Assembly (NCBI GenBank): GCA_965203475.1
Contig: OZ241890.1
Coordinates: 2,203,502-2,267,501, forward strand
Length of the DNA stretch: 64,000 nt
DNA from: Gammaproteobacteria bacterium
GTDB taxonomy: Bacteria > Pseudomonadota > Gammaproteobacteria > UBA4575
Reading direction: 5' to 3'
The notes beneath the pieces are model-generated. The model saw only the letters and a list, made by a program, of their open reading frames with translations. It did no database searches and was not told where the DNA came from. Below are positions 1 through 10,096 of this stretch, one piece after another; position 1 is the first letter of the stretch; each line of letters starts with the position of its first letter. Made by a program: the position numbers and the translations under genes.

Positions 1-928
1 AAAGTCGAGAGTCTAATACTTGTTTTACGGATGCAATGTTATCACGGTTGCGCAAATAGACTTTCACATACAATAAATCATCTTGCGCATTTAGCTGGGT
101 CAAATATTGATCATTAGCATGGGCTACTAGCGTTTCTACATTATTGATCGCTTCGTTTAATTGTGCACTGACATCATTTAAATGTCGTGTTTCATGTCCC
201 ACAATACTTGCCGTTCCTGAAACATAAAAATGAATACGTTGTCCCCACGCTTTTAGTATACCACGTGAAAATAATGGTTGATCGACTGTGTTTGCAACTG
301 GGTAATGATAAGCACTGGTCTGGCGTGGGTTTTCAACCGCAATTCCAGGTGTGTCGCCGGCTAAAAAATAAATTTGTAATTTGTTACTTTGATTGCCAAT
401 TACTGTTGCTGCAGGATAAATTTGACTGCTAATCGAACTGTTTTGCATAGCCTTGCGTCGACCACGACAAAATAAGTCATAGCGATTGGTGTTTTCGCTA
501 TTCACTAAAGGTTTAGTAATTTCAGGAAAAAAATTCCAGGTGCGTAGTAGGTGCACACATTTGTGATGCTCTAGACAAGCAAAAATTTCTGTATAGGCTT
601 GTTGGGTAGTGTCTTGTAAATTATTATTATCTTCACATGTTAATTGAATATGCCCAAATAACATTTGTGTTGCATGTGAAAACTGAATATTTTTATAAGT
701 ACCCTGGGTAATTTTTTGTCCGGTATACCAGTATTGAGCAAAAAAAGTTGATTCAAGTGCCGGCAAGTCTGTTTGAATCGTTAAACAATTAGTTTCTTGA
801 TCACTCTTCTTGTCAAAATATAAATAGGTGAGCAGATTTTGCGGAGTGCGAACTGTAGATACATCTTCACTGACTTGAATATTCAAACCAGACACCGTGT
901 CATACATATTGGAGGAATTCGAACTCAT
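1..928 (-). CDS. FkbO/Hyg5/XanB2-family chorismatase-like protein, 3' end runs off the window
   Basis: Absent from the ORF track; translated by hand from ATG 928, open to base 1. Motifs LLRTWNFFPEI, RYDLFCRGR, YPAATVIG, VENPRQTSAYHYP, PLFSRG, YVSGTASIVGHET and VKVYLR match this family. Confidence 0.8.
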   Translation of the reverse strand, partial: MSSNSSNMYDTVSGLNIQVSEDVSTVRTPQNLLTYLYFDKKSDQETNCLTIQTDLPALESTFFAQYWYTGQKITQGTYKNIQFSHATQMLFGHIQLTCEDNNNLQDTTQQAYTEIFACLEHHKCVHLLRTWNFFPEITKPLVNSENTNRYDLFCRGRRKAMQNSSISSQIYPAATVIGNQSNKLQIYFLAGDTPGIAVENPRQTSAYHYPVANTVDQPLFSRGILKAWGQRIHFYVSGTASIVGHETRHLNDVSAQLNEAINNVETLVAHANDQYLTQLNAQDDLLYVKVYLRNRDNIASVKQVLDSRL

Positions 929-1011
929 TATATTACTGTAACCTGAGTCGCAATAAACTGCGAACAAAGGGATTTAATTTTACAATTAATTGGGTGAATA
1001 AAACGTTTGGA

Positions 1012-2379
1012 CTATATTGCCGCGCGGTGTCGACGAATACCTATAAAAATTCCGGTTACTAGTAGGAGTAACGGTACAATTAATAAGTAGGTACTAGCTA
1101 TCAAAGCAATTTGTGTATTGTTAAATTGAATGGAAATATCGGGCGGTTGATAGGGTATGAAGGAAAGTGTTTCTTCCTCATCCGCCAGCCACTGTAATAT
1201 ATTAGCCGCAAGTGTCAGATTAGCACCATGCCCGACATAAGCATTGGCTAAAAAGTCACTATCACCAATAACCACAATTCTTTGCTGCTTAGATTGTTGT
1301 GTGCGGGTAAAGGCTGCAGCGATTAGCAACGGTCCTTCGACATCGCCTTCGGCACGATTAAAGCTCGCATTCTTGGCGCTCATGGGCCCCGTCTCAGACC
1401 ATGCTCGGGCGAGTGAGTAATACAAAGGCCTTGCTTGCCAATCCTCATTCGTTTCTAAGATTAAGCCAGTAGCAAATGGAAATAAGGATTGATTAGATAA
1501 GTTCTCGGTTACTGCATGTGCCTCATATTCCACCACTGGTACTACAGCAGGATGTTGTATACCAAGAATGGAACGCAATTGTTGGTTAGCATCGATAATC
1601 GTTCCGACATGAAATGTTAGGCCAAGCTCATGTGCTAATACCTGCAATGGTATCGGAGTGTCGGAGTCATTTTTAGGATCAATTAGCCACAATATATTTC
1701 CACCGTGCTGTACATAGTTAAGAATTAATTTTTCTTCACCCGCGAGCAATTCGGTTTGCGGTGAAGCGATGATTAACACAGATATATTGTCGGGGATTAA
1801 AGTTGTTTCAAGCAGGTTGAGCGTTTGAATTTGTACCCCAGTAGCTTCTATAGTCTGTTTTAAAGTACTGTAACCTTGGTTGTCTTCACTAAAAGGGTCG
1901 CGCTCACCATGTCCGTTTAAAAATGCGATCCAGGAGGTTTTAGAACGACTTAAACGTTGTAAAGCATTGCTGATATTTTGTTCGCTTGCTTTATCAACCG
2001 TCTCAAAATGATTTTTATAGTCAATACGTATTTGTCCAGGATTATATAGATTTATTTCATTGGCTTCCGCAACTTCTAAGTCGCTGTCTAAAAAATATAA
2101 CGCAACATCTTTTTTATATTTTTGATATTTAGCGATGGCGCGTTTGAATTTTTGTCGTTCACTAGCAGAATTACGTACCAAAATCGTAATGTCTACTGGA
2201 GCATCTAAACTCTGTAAAACACTTTTACTGATTTCGGTTAAGCTATTACGATTATCTCGCGTTAAATCAAAGGTGTAACTGTACTTGTGTGAAAACCATG
2301 CACCAATTGTAAACAATGAAACTAGAATTAATATGCTTCCAGTTTTATTTAAATATGATTGTAATTGTTCTATTTTCAA
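1012..2379 (-). CDS. GldG-like ABC-type auxiliary component
   Basis: N- and C-terminal TM helices; FDLTRDNRNSL, FLNGHGE and VIGDSDF motifs; follows ABC ATPase and permease genes. Confidence 0.8.
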   Translation of the reverse strand: MKIEQLQSYLNKTGSILILVSLFTIGAWFSHKYSYTFDLTRDNRNSLTEISKSVLQSLDAPVDITILVRNSASERQKFKRAIAKYQKYKKDVALYFLDSDLEVAEANEINLYNPGQIRIDYKNHFETVDKASEQNISNALQRLSRSKTSWIAFLNGHGERDPFSEDNQGYSTLKQTIEATGVQIQTLNLLETTLIPDNISVLIIASPQTELLAGEEKLILNYVQHGGNILWLIDPKNDSDTPIPLQVLAHELGLTFHVGTIIDANQQLRSILGIQHPAVVPVVEYEAHAVTENLSNQSLFPFATGLILETNEDWQARPLYYSLARAWSETGPMSAKNASFNRAEGDVEGPLLIAAAFTRTQQSKQQRIVVIGDSDFLANAYVGHGANLTLAANILQWLADEEETLSFIPYQPPDISIQFNNTQIALIASTYLLIVPLLLLVTGIFIGIRRHRAAI

Positions 2380-2397
2380 CGGAATTAAAGCGATACA

Positions 2398-3150
2398 TCA
2401 AAGTGCATGTCTTTGTTTAATTGTGCGTACGCATAAAATTAAAAAAAACAAAGCAAATAAAATAAAATAGGTAACGTGTACCGTATTAATTGAGCCCGTA
2501 AGCAAATCTGCAAAATGTGGGAAATTTGCTAGATATAAAAATAATTCACTGCTGCTTGCTGTGGCCGAACCCGACATATGCAGCATACCCAAGATGAGTA
2601 AGAACCCGATGATTCCGGCACTGGCCAGAACAGGGGTGCGTGTTAAATTGGCGATATAAAGTGCAGCAGCATTAAATGAATTAATAAATAGGAAAACACC
2701 CAAACAGGCAACGATTGTTTTCCCATAATCAATTGAGGTGTAAAACCCTAGTAATAAAGCATAACAAGCACCGATGCTAGTAAATAATAGCGTAACAATT
2801 GAAAGGGCAACATATTTTCCTAACACAATATGTGTAATTGAAATAGGCGCACTACTTAGTAATAAATTTGCTCCACGATTTCTTTCTTCAGTTACGCTAC
2901 GTACTGCAAACAAAGGGATGATTAAAATTCCTACAAGGGCTACCCAAAATAAATAAGGCGTGATAACAATATCGGTTAAACCAGGGGGGCGTTTTAATGC
3001 CACTAACTTTGCTTGTATTTCAGTATAAAAATTATTTAATAAAATAAGTAACAATAAGCCTAAAATAAATAAAGCGATGGAAAATACTATCCACGCAAAA
3101 GGAGAATAAAACACACGTCTCAGCTCATTTTTGGCCACAATCCAAATCAT
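2398..3150 (-). CDS. ABC-2 type permease (GldF-like)
   Basis: Hydrophobic; KNELRRVFYSPFAW, EERNRG and IVLGKY motifs. Confidence 0.85.
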   Translation of the reverse strand: MIWIVAKNELRRVFYSPFAWIVFSIALFILGLLLLILLNNFYTEIQAKLVALKRPPGLTDIVITPYLFWVALVGILIIPLFAVRSVTEERNRGANLLLSSAPISITHIVLGKYVALSIVTLLFTSIGACYALLLGFYTSIDYGKTIVACLGVFLFINSFNAAALYIANLTRTPVLASAGIIGFLLILGMLHMSGSATASSSELFLYLANFPHFADLLTGSINTVHVTYFILFALFFLILCVRTIKQRHAL

Positions 3151-4097
3151 GGCTCACCCAGTGCATTGGGTGGCGATGATTCTCGCATCACCAAATCTAC
3201 AAACACCTGCTCTAATGAATTTGCCATTGGTGCAATTTCATATAGTTGCCAATTTTTTTCTAGAGCCTGAGATTGTACTTGCTGGATAAAATTTCGATCT
3301 TTAACGCGACACACATAGTGTCCGTACTGTGTGCAGCTCACTGACTCACAACCCGGTAATACCATTAACTCATCAACCGACGGACGACCATGAAATCGTA
3401 ATTTGAATTTTTCTTCTGAGTGTTGGTGTAATTCATCGATTGCCTGATCAAGCAACAAACGCCCTTGTTCGATGATGAGCACACGATTGCAGCTCGAGTT
3501 CACTTCAGCTAATAAATGCGTAGATAGCAATACACTATGTTCGGTAGATAAATCCTGCAACAAAGTTCTAATTTCCTGCATTTGTATAGGATCCAAACCG
3601 ATGGTGGGTTCATCAAGCACAATGAGTGCAGGTTTGTGAATAATCGCCTGAGCTATACCTACACGTTGTTGAAACCCTTTAGACAAATTTGCAATTAAAG
3701 TTCTGGTAACGGCAGATAAACCACATACTTCCATGGCAGATGCAACACTGGAACGAATGCTAGAATTATCTATATTGTGTAGTTGTGCAACGTAGGTTAA
3801 ATACTCTTTTACATTTAATTCTCGGTAAAGCGGCGGAGTGTCAGGTAAATATCCCAGATTATTTTTAGCTAGCTTAGGCTTAGTAAATATATTTTTCCCA
3901 CAGATTGCAACAGAGCCTTGAGCAGGTTTTAAGTTACCTGTAATTATATTTAAGGCGGTGGATTTTCCAGCACCGTTGGTGCCAAGCAAGGCCACGACTT
4001 CACCACGTTTAATTTCAAAACTGAGATCGACCACTGCTGGAACATGGTTATAACCAAACTCAATATTTTCTACTTGAAGTAATATTTCTTGCGTCAT
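3147..4097 (-). CDS. ABC transporter ATP-binding protein (GldA-like)
   Basis: Walker A GTNGAGKS, signature LSKGFQQRVG, Walker B LIVLDEP. Confidence 0.92.
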   Translation of the reverse strand: MTQEILLQVENIEFGYNHVPAVVDLSFEIKRGEVVALLGTNGAGKSTALNIITGNLKPAQGSVAICGKNIFTKPKLAKNNLGYLPDTPPLYRELNVKEYLTYVAQLHNIDNSSIRSSVASAMEVCGLSAVTRTLIANLSKGFQQRVGIAQAIIHKPALIVLDEPTIGLDPIQMQEIRTLLQDLSTEHSVLLSTHLLAEVNSSCNRVLIIEQGRLLLDQAIDELHQHSEEKFKLRFHGRPSVDELMVLPGCESVSCTQYGHYVCRVKDRNFIQQVQSQALEKNWQLYEIAPMANSLEQVFVDLVMRESSPPNALGEP

Positions 4098-4126
4098 CGT
4101 TGTTTAGAATTCTCTACAATAATGGC

Positions 4127-6085
4127 ATGCAACTATTAGGCGTAGATACGGGTGGAACATTTACAGATTTAGTGTATTTCGATGGTCAACGGTTGTACAC
4201 GCATAAAGAACTTTCGACTCCAGATCATCCCGAACAAGCGATACTTAAAGGTATTGCAGAACTAAACATTGATATTTCGAATTTAACTATTGTACACGGC
4301 ACAACGGTTGCAACGAATGCCTTATTAGAAGGAAAAGGCGCACGTACTGTTTTTATCACCAATCATGGATTTAAAGATATCCTATTAATTGGACGACAAA
4401 CTCGAGCCGAATTATACAACCTAACCCCCAAAAATCAGCGTTCTTTGTTTGATCCAGCGTTAAATTTAGAAGTGGGTGGTCGCGTCAGTCCTCAGGGCGA
4501 TACTGTACAGCCACTAACAGCAAAAGAAACTGATGCAGTGTTACAAAAAATACAGGAATTGAACACAGAATCGGTTGCAATATGTTTATTGTTTTCATTC
4601 ATCGATAATCAATATGAACGCAAATTACGAGACCTTCTTAAGCAAAAATATTTTGTTTCTATTTCCTCTGAAGTATTAGCAGAGTATCGAGAATATGAGC
4701 GAGGTTTAGTGACTTGGATTAATAGCTATCTTGGTCCTGTTATGCAGTCGTATCTTGCAAAGTTATCGAAGCAGTTGCAGCAAGCTAATTTAAGCATTAT
4801 GCAAAGTGATGGCCTAACGGTGCAGGCAGAACACGCACAAAATAAAGCCGTTAAACTATTATTATCGGGCCCAGCAGGTGGGTTATGGGGCAGTTTATAT
4901 TTTGCTAAACAGAGTAATCTTACACGTCTGTTAACATTTGATATGGGTGGTACTTCGACCGATGTTTCCATCATCAATAAAGACTTTCATACAAGTAAAC
5001 AAGGCAAGATTGCTGGATTACCGATTAGCATTCCCATGCTAGATATTCATACCATCGGTGCTGGTGGAGGCTCCATTGCTTGGATTGATGCAGGTGGTTT
5101 GTTGCAAGTAGGGCCACATTCGGCGGGGGCACAACCAGGGCCTGCCTGTTATGGTCAAGGTGGCACACAGGCTACCGTAACTGATGCACATTTGGTGTTA
5201 GGACGATTACCCAATGCCTGTAGGCTAGCAGGGCACATGAGTTTAAATGTTACAGCGGCAAAGCAGGCCATTGCAAAATTGTCAGAGCCACTTCATTTAA
5301 GTTTAGAAGAATGTGCATTGGGTATTATTCGAATTGCCAATGAGCATATGGCACAAGCCTTACGTGTGATGTCAATTCATCGAGGCTTCAATCCTAAAGA
5401 CTTTACCTTGGTGAGTTTTGGAGGCGCAGGGGGGTTACATGTTTGTGAGTTGGCAAACGATTTACAAATTCCGCGCGCGCTTATTCCTAATCAAGCAGGA
5501 CTGTTATCTGCTTTGGGTTTGTTAATTGCACCGCCAGGGCAAGAAGTTTCGCAGACGCATATTAAATTACTTGAGGATTGTTCTGAGCAAGAAATTGAAA
5601 ATATTTTTGTAAAATTGCAGCAGAAAATTAGTCACGAATTACGCTTTGAAACACAAACAGCGTTTAACTTTTCAAAGATGTTAGATTTACGTTATCAAGG
5701 TCAGTCTTCTACTTTAAAACTACAATGGCAAGATTTGCAAAGCATGCAACAAGCGTTTCACCAAGCGCATAAAACACGTTTTGGGTATGATTTAGAAGTT
5801 GCCATCGAATTGGTGAATATCAGAATTACAGCAGCATGTGTAAGCCGCGAGATTCAGTTGCAAACAACCAATACAACCGCAAATAATCCTGTATCTACCT
5901 ATGTGCAGTTGCATGGGTACGAGCAAACGATTCCCCTGTATGAATTGTCAGATCGCGAACAAATACAAGTAATTGCTGGGCCTGCCATCGTTTTACAAAC
6001 CAATACTACCTTATATATAGCCGAGAACTGGCGAGCAACTGCACAGACTTCAGGTAGCCTATTATTAGAACGAACGGACAATTAG
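4127..6085 (+). CDS. Hydantoinase A / 5-oxoprolinase family protein
   Basis: GVDTGGTFTD, HGTTVATNALLE, DMGGTSTDV and IGAGGGSIA motifs. ATG 4127 preferred over the track's TTG at 4100. Confidence 0.9.
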   Translation: MQLLGVDTGGTFTDLVYFDGQRLYTHKELSTPDHPEQAILKGIAELNIDISNLTIVHGTTVATNALLEGKGARTVFITNHGFKDILLIGRQTRAELYNLTPKNQRSLFDPALNLEVGGRVSPQGDTVQPLTAKETDAVLQKIQELNTESVAICLLFSFIDNQYERKLRDLLKQKYFVSISSEVLAEYREYERGLVTWINSYLGPVMQSYLAKLSKQLQQANLSIMQSDGLTVQAEHAQNKAVKLLLSGPAGGLWGSLYFAKQSNLTRLLTFDMGGTSTDVSIINKDFHTSKQGKIAGLPISIPMLDIHTIGAGGGSIAWIDAGGLLQVGPHSAGAQPGPACYGQGGTQATVTDAHLVLGRLPNACRLAGHMSLNVTAAKQAIAKLSEPLHLSLEECALGIIRIANEHMAQALRVMSIHRGFNPKDFTLVSFGGAGGLHVCELANDLQIPRALIPNQAGLLSALGLLIAPPGQEVSQTHIKLLEDCSEQEIENIFVKLQQKISHELRFETQTAFNFSKMLDLRYQGQSSTLKLQWQDLQSMQQAFHQAHKTRFGYDLEVAIELVNIRITAACVSREIQLQTTNTTANNPVSTYVQLHGYEQTIPLYELSDREQIQVIAGPAIVLQTNTTLYIAENWRATAQTSGSLLLERTDN

Positions 6086-6218
6086 TCGTCAAATATCCAT
6101 GCTACATACCCAATTGTCACAGCCTACTTGCCAGGCCAGATTCGCTAAGCGTATGATCCCCACACGATATTAACCATTCACAATTATAAGTACAATAAAT
6201 ACCGGCCAGAAATAAGCT

Positions 6219-7397
6219 ATGTTTAATGGATTGCTCACGCTGTCTTGGTGGGAATATGTGTTAGTTACACTCGTGTTAACTCATATTACGATCGTATCCG
6301 TTACTCTATATTTACATCGTAGTCAGGCACATCGTGCACTGGACTTACACCCGTTGGTAGCCAATTTTTTTAGACTTTGGTTGTGGCTAACCACAGGCAT
6401 GATTACTAAAGAATGGGTTGCCATACATCGCAAACACCATGCTAAAACAGAAACCTCAGAAGACCCTCACAGTCCCTATAGCAAAGGCATTGCTACCGTG
6501 TTTTGGCAAGGCTCTGAATTGTATCGTGCAGAGTCTGAAAACCAAGAAACTTTAAACAACTATGGTCATGGGACTCCTGATGATTGGATAGAAAGGAATA
6601 TTTATTCTCGATGCAGTTTTGGTGGCGTGGTGATTACTTTGTTGGCTAATTTTATATTATTTGGTTTTATCGGAATTACGATGTGGGCTGTGCAAATGCT
6701 ATGGATTCCTGTGTTAGCGGCGGGAGTTATCAATGGTATTGGTCATTACTGGGGCTATAGAAATTTTGAAACGGAAGATGGTTCTACCAATATTTTAAAC
6801 CTGGGATTACTTATTGGCGGAGAAGAATTACATAACAATCATCATGCGTATCCAAGCTCGGCAAAGTTTTCGAGTAAGTGGTGGGAAATAGATGTAGGCT
6901 GGCACTATATTCAAATATTATCGCTTTTGCGGTTGGCTAACGTGCGGCGGCGCGCACCACAACCAACACGCTTGCTTGGTAAAGACATGATTGATCTTGA
7001 AACCGCAAAAGCTTTAATTTCAAGTAAATTGCATGTGATGGCTGATTATGCACAATTTGTAACATTACCAACTTTCAACCAAGAACTTACCCACTTAGAT
7101 ACACGCTATAAAAAATTAGTGGGACAAATGCGCACAGCCTTAATTCGTGAAGAAGGTCGTTTAAAACCTTTGCATCAAAAATATTTGCAGGAATTACTAA
7201 CCAATAGTGAAGCCTTGCAAACGGTTTATGAATTTCGAAGAAAACTACAAGATTTATGGAATGCTACCTATGCAAACCATGAACGTTTGATTCAGGCACT
7301 TATACAGTGGTGCAAGGAAGCGGAAGCCACCGGTATTAAAGTGTTACAAGAGTTTGCGCAGAGTTTACGCGGGTATACCCTACAACCTGTAATGTAG
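6219..7397 (+). CDS. Delta-9-type membrane fatty acid desaturase (DesA-like)
   Basis: His boxes HRSQAH, HRKHH and HNNHH, with a C-terminal soluble extension. Confidence 0.9.
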   Translation: MFNGLLTLSWWEYVLVTLVLTHITIVSVTLYLHRSQAHRALDLHPLVANFFRLWLWLTTGMITKEWVAIHRKHHAKTETSEDPHSPYSKGIATVFWQGSELYRAESENQETLNNYGHGTPDDWIERNIYSRCSFGGVVITLLANFILFGFIGITMWAVQMLWIPVLAAGVINGIGHYWGYRNFETEDGSTNILNLGLLIGGEELHNNHHAYPSSAKFSSKWWEIDVGWHYIQILSLLRLANVRRRAPQPTRLLGKDMIDLETAKALISSKLHVMADYAQFVTLPTFNQELTHLDTRYKKLVGQMRTALIREEGRLKPLHQKYLQELLTNSEALQTVYEFRRKLQDLWNATYANHERLIQALIQWCKEAEATGIKVLQEFAQSLRGYTLQPVM

Positions 7398-7400
7398 CAA

Positions 7401-7568
7401 CTATTTAATTTTTGCTTCTTTGTAGATCACGTGTTTACGTACCACGGGATCGTATTTTTTCATCTCGAGCTTGTCTGGCATCGTGCGTTTGTTTTTGCTG
7501 GTGGTGTAGTAGTGCCCCGTACCAGCGCTTGAAACCAGTTTGATTTTTTCACGTACTGCTTTAGCCAT
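7401..7568 (-). CDS. rpmG: 50S ribosomal protein L33
   Basis: Hand translation [55 protein letters not shown] (55 aa, below the track cutoff); directly after rpmB. Confidence 0.97.
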   Translation of the reverse strand: MAKAVREKIKLVSSAGTGHYYTTSKNKRTMPDKLEMKKYDPVVRKHVIYKEAKIK

Positions 7569-7577
7569 ATCGTATTC

Positions 7578-7814
7578 CTACACTTTGATGCCACGTTTAC
7601 GCACATCGGCAAGCACTTCATCAATGCCTTTTTTATCGATAATACGCATGCCTTTGGTAGAAACACGTAATTTAACCCATCGATTTTCACTTTCTACCCA
7701 AAATCGGTGAGTCTGAATATTAGGCATAAAGCGACGTCGTGTTTTATTATGGGCATGTGAAACATTATTGCCTGAAGCGGGACGTTTTCCGGTAACTTGG
7801 CAGATGCGAGACAT
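7578..7814 (-). CDS. rpmB: 50S ribosomal protein L28
   Basis: [29 protein letters not shown]; start taken as ATG 7814. Confidence 0.97.
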   Translation of the reverse strand: MSRICQVTGKRPASGNNVSHAHNKTRRRFMPNIQTHRFWVESENRWVKLRVSTKGMRIIDKKGIDEVLADVRKRGIKV

Positions 7815-7938
7815 GGGGATAATAAAATTCCACTTAAACAGGGCGCGTGACCATACCAGAATCAAATCATGGGTACAAGCAAGATAGGCCTGTTGCGCAG
7901 GCTAACTGCTAGAAGCCCTTTATTATTATTGCGAGCAA

Positions 7939-8304
7939 ATGGACACAATTTTTCTACGTGATCTAGAAGTAAATGCCGTTATAGGTATTTATGAATGGGA
8001 AAAGCGTATCAAGCAAAAGGTCAGGGTTGACTTGGAAATAGCAACCGATATTCGAAAAGCCGCGGCCAGCGATTCAATAGACGACACATTAAATTATAAA
8101 GCTATTGCCAAACGCATCAGTCAATACATTGAAGATAGTCGTTTTGAATTAATCGAAACTTTGATCGAAAAAGTTGCTGAAATAGTATTGACGGAATTTA
8201 ATATTTCATGGGTGCGCTTAACCATCAGTAAACCGGGGGCCGTGCGTGGATCCCGAGATGTGGGAATTACGATTGAACGTGGAACTTTAAGCACTGATGG
8301 CTAG
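7939..8304 (+). CDS. folB: Dihydroneopterin aldolase
   Basis: MDTIFLRDL, IGIYEWEK, LIETL and KPGAV motifs; overlaps folK. Confidence 0.95.
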   Translation: MDTIFLRDLEVNAVIGIYEWEKRIKQKVRVDLEIATDIRKAAASDSIDDTLNYKAIAKRISQYIEDSRFELIETLIEKVAEIVLTEFNISWVRLTISKPGAVRGSRDVGITIERGTLSTDG

Positions 8305-8782
8305 AGTATATGTCAGTATTGGTAGCAATATTGATAAGCAAAAAAACATTCTCTCTTCCATTGAAGCACTGCAAAAGTATTATGGGCCGTTAATTATTTC
8401 CAATGTTTACGAAACCGAAGCGGTAGGATTTGATGGAGATAAATTTCATAATTTGGTAGTTGGATTTGATGCCAATGAAACTCCTGCTGAAATTAGCAAT
8501 ACGTTAAAAAAAATTGAAGTCCAGCATGGACGCACACGTGGTAAAGAAAAATTTGAATCACGTACGTTAGATCTTGATCAACTACTTTACGATGATTTAG
8601 TTATGCAAGTGGATGGGGTTAATATTCCACATCCAGATATCATGAGGTACCCATTTGTCTTAACACCTTTGAAAGAAATTGCAGAGCAAGTCATCCACCC
8701 CATAGAAAATAAAACAATAGAACAATTATGGGAAAACGATAAAGAAAATAGTGAAATGGAAGTTGTGAACTACTACTTTTAA
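8297..8782 (+). CDS. folK: 6-hydroxymethyl-7,8-dihydropterin pyrophosphokinase
   Basis: YVSIGSN, RTLDLD, IPHP and FVLTPL motifs. Confidence 0.95.
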   Translation: MARVYVSIGSNIDKQKNILSSIEALQKYYGPLIISNVYETEAVGFDGDKFHNLVVGFDANETPAEISNTLKKIEVQHGRTRGKEKFESRTLDLDQLLYDDLVMQVDGVNIPHPDIMRYPFVLTPLKEIAEQVIHPIENKTIEQLWENDKENSEMEVVNYYF

Positions 8783-8897
8783 ATTAATTTTCACAATATC
8801 CTCCACCTAAGTATCCAAGTTTTAAAAAGCCTACTAAAGAGTAGCGCAAAGAAATATTTAGTAATGGATTCTAAAACACCTTTCATGGAAGCATTGC

Positions 8898-10073
8898 ATG
8901 TCGACTCATAGTCTTGATAGTTTGACCTCACAACAACAAGTGCATGTTGAAAAGTGTATGCACCGCTTGACTACTCATATTCAAGCTCAAGGTGGTTGCC
9001 TGGCGTTTGATGAATATATGCAGATCGTGTTGCATGATCCTGAAGTGGGTTACTACCACAGACAAACTGAAATTTTTGGAGAGGCTGGAGATTTCACTAC
9101 GGCGCCTGAGTTCTCGGTACACTTGGCGTATTGTTTAGCACATGCCTGTACCAAGTTGATTCGAGATGATGCGGAACGCTGTATTTTAGAAATTGGCGCA
9201 GGAAGTGGCCGCCTGGCAGGCGACGTACTTACATATCTTGAACAGTGGGGACAAATTCCTAAGCAATATTTCATTTATGAACCGAGTGCAGCCTTACGCA
9301 CAAAACAAAAAAATTATTTTGAAAAAACCATCCCTCAACATTTAGCAAGAATTCAATGGCTATCAGATTTAACTGACAAGCAGACTACGACTATCATCAT
9401 TGCAAATGAAGTTATTGATGTATTGCCTGTGAAATGCTTTGCCATACAGGATGGACAATTAAAAGAAAAATTTGTGACACTTGATGAAACACAAAATTTA
9501 ATTTGGACTTTGCAGTCACCTACAGAACAACTAGATACAGCACTTGATTACATCACAGTAATGACCGGTCAATCCTTTGCAGAGGGCTATTCTAGTGAAG
9601 TCAATATTGAATTGGAATCAGTGCTAAATGCGTGGACACGATCCAGTGAGCAATGTGTATTGTTTATTATTGATTATGGTTATCCATTACATGAGTATTA
9701 CCACTCACAACGTATGATGGGAACTTTGCGTAGTTACTTTCAACACCAAATGACAGCAAGCCCTCTTGAAAACCCCGGACTGCAAGATATTACTGCAGAT
9801 GTAAATTTTTCTGCACTTGCAAAAGCTGCTGAATGTCTACAATTAGGCGTATTGTCATTTGGTTCGCAGCGTAACTTTATGTTGGCAAATCATTTATTAG
9901 AGTGGCGTCCTTTGAGTGATAATGAAGCTGATCACATTTCGCAAATTGCACAACTAAAACAACTAACGCTGGGATCAGAAATGAGTGAACGTTTTCAAGT
10001 AATGGTTTTAGGTAAAGGCATAGAATATGGTGCAGATCGTTTTACCATGCGCGATATGCGAACACGACTTTAA
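8898..10073 (+). CDS. MidA/NDUFAF7-family SAM-dependent methyltransferase
   Basis: GYY, GDFTTAPE, LEIGAGSG, ANEVID, IDYG and QDITADVNF motifs. Confidence 0.9.
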   Translation: MSTHSLDSLTSQQQVHVEKCMHRLTTHIQAQGGCLAFDEYMQIVLHDPEVGYYHRQTEIFGEAGDFTTAPEFSVHLAYCLAHACTKLIRDDAERCILEIGAGSGRLAGDVLTYLEQWGQIPKQYFIYEPSAALRTKQKNYFEKTIPQHLARIQWLSDLTDKQTTTIIIANEVIDVLPVKCFAIQDGQLKEKFVTLDETQNLIWTLQSPTEQLDTALDYITVMTGQSFAEGYSSEVNIELESVLNAWTRSSEQCVLFIIDYGYPLHEYYHSQRMMGTLRSYFQHQMTASPLENPGLQDITADVNFSALAKAAECLQLGVLSFGSQRNFMLANHLLEWRPLSDNEADHISQIAQLKQLTLGSEMSERFQVMVLGKGIEYGADRFTMRDMRTRL

Positions 10074-10096
10074 ATTAATCATATAACGTAATTTAG

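Noticed and set aside
187..432. 81-aa plus-strand ORF in the track
   Set aside because: It is the antisense shadow of the chorismatase-like gene on the minus strand.
6219..7397. Transposase fragment in the desaturase C-terminus
   Set aside because: This helical extension is a normal part of proteobacterial DesA-type desaturases, and no IS ends were seen.
7460..7690. 76-aa minus-strand ORF, and the 17-aa N-terminal extension of L28 in the track
   Set aside because: Off-frame overlap of rpmB and rpmG. L28 homology starts at MSRICQ (7814).
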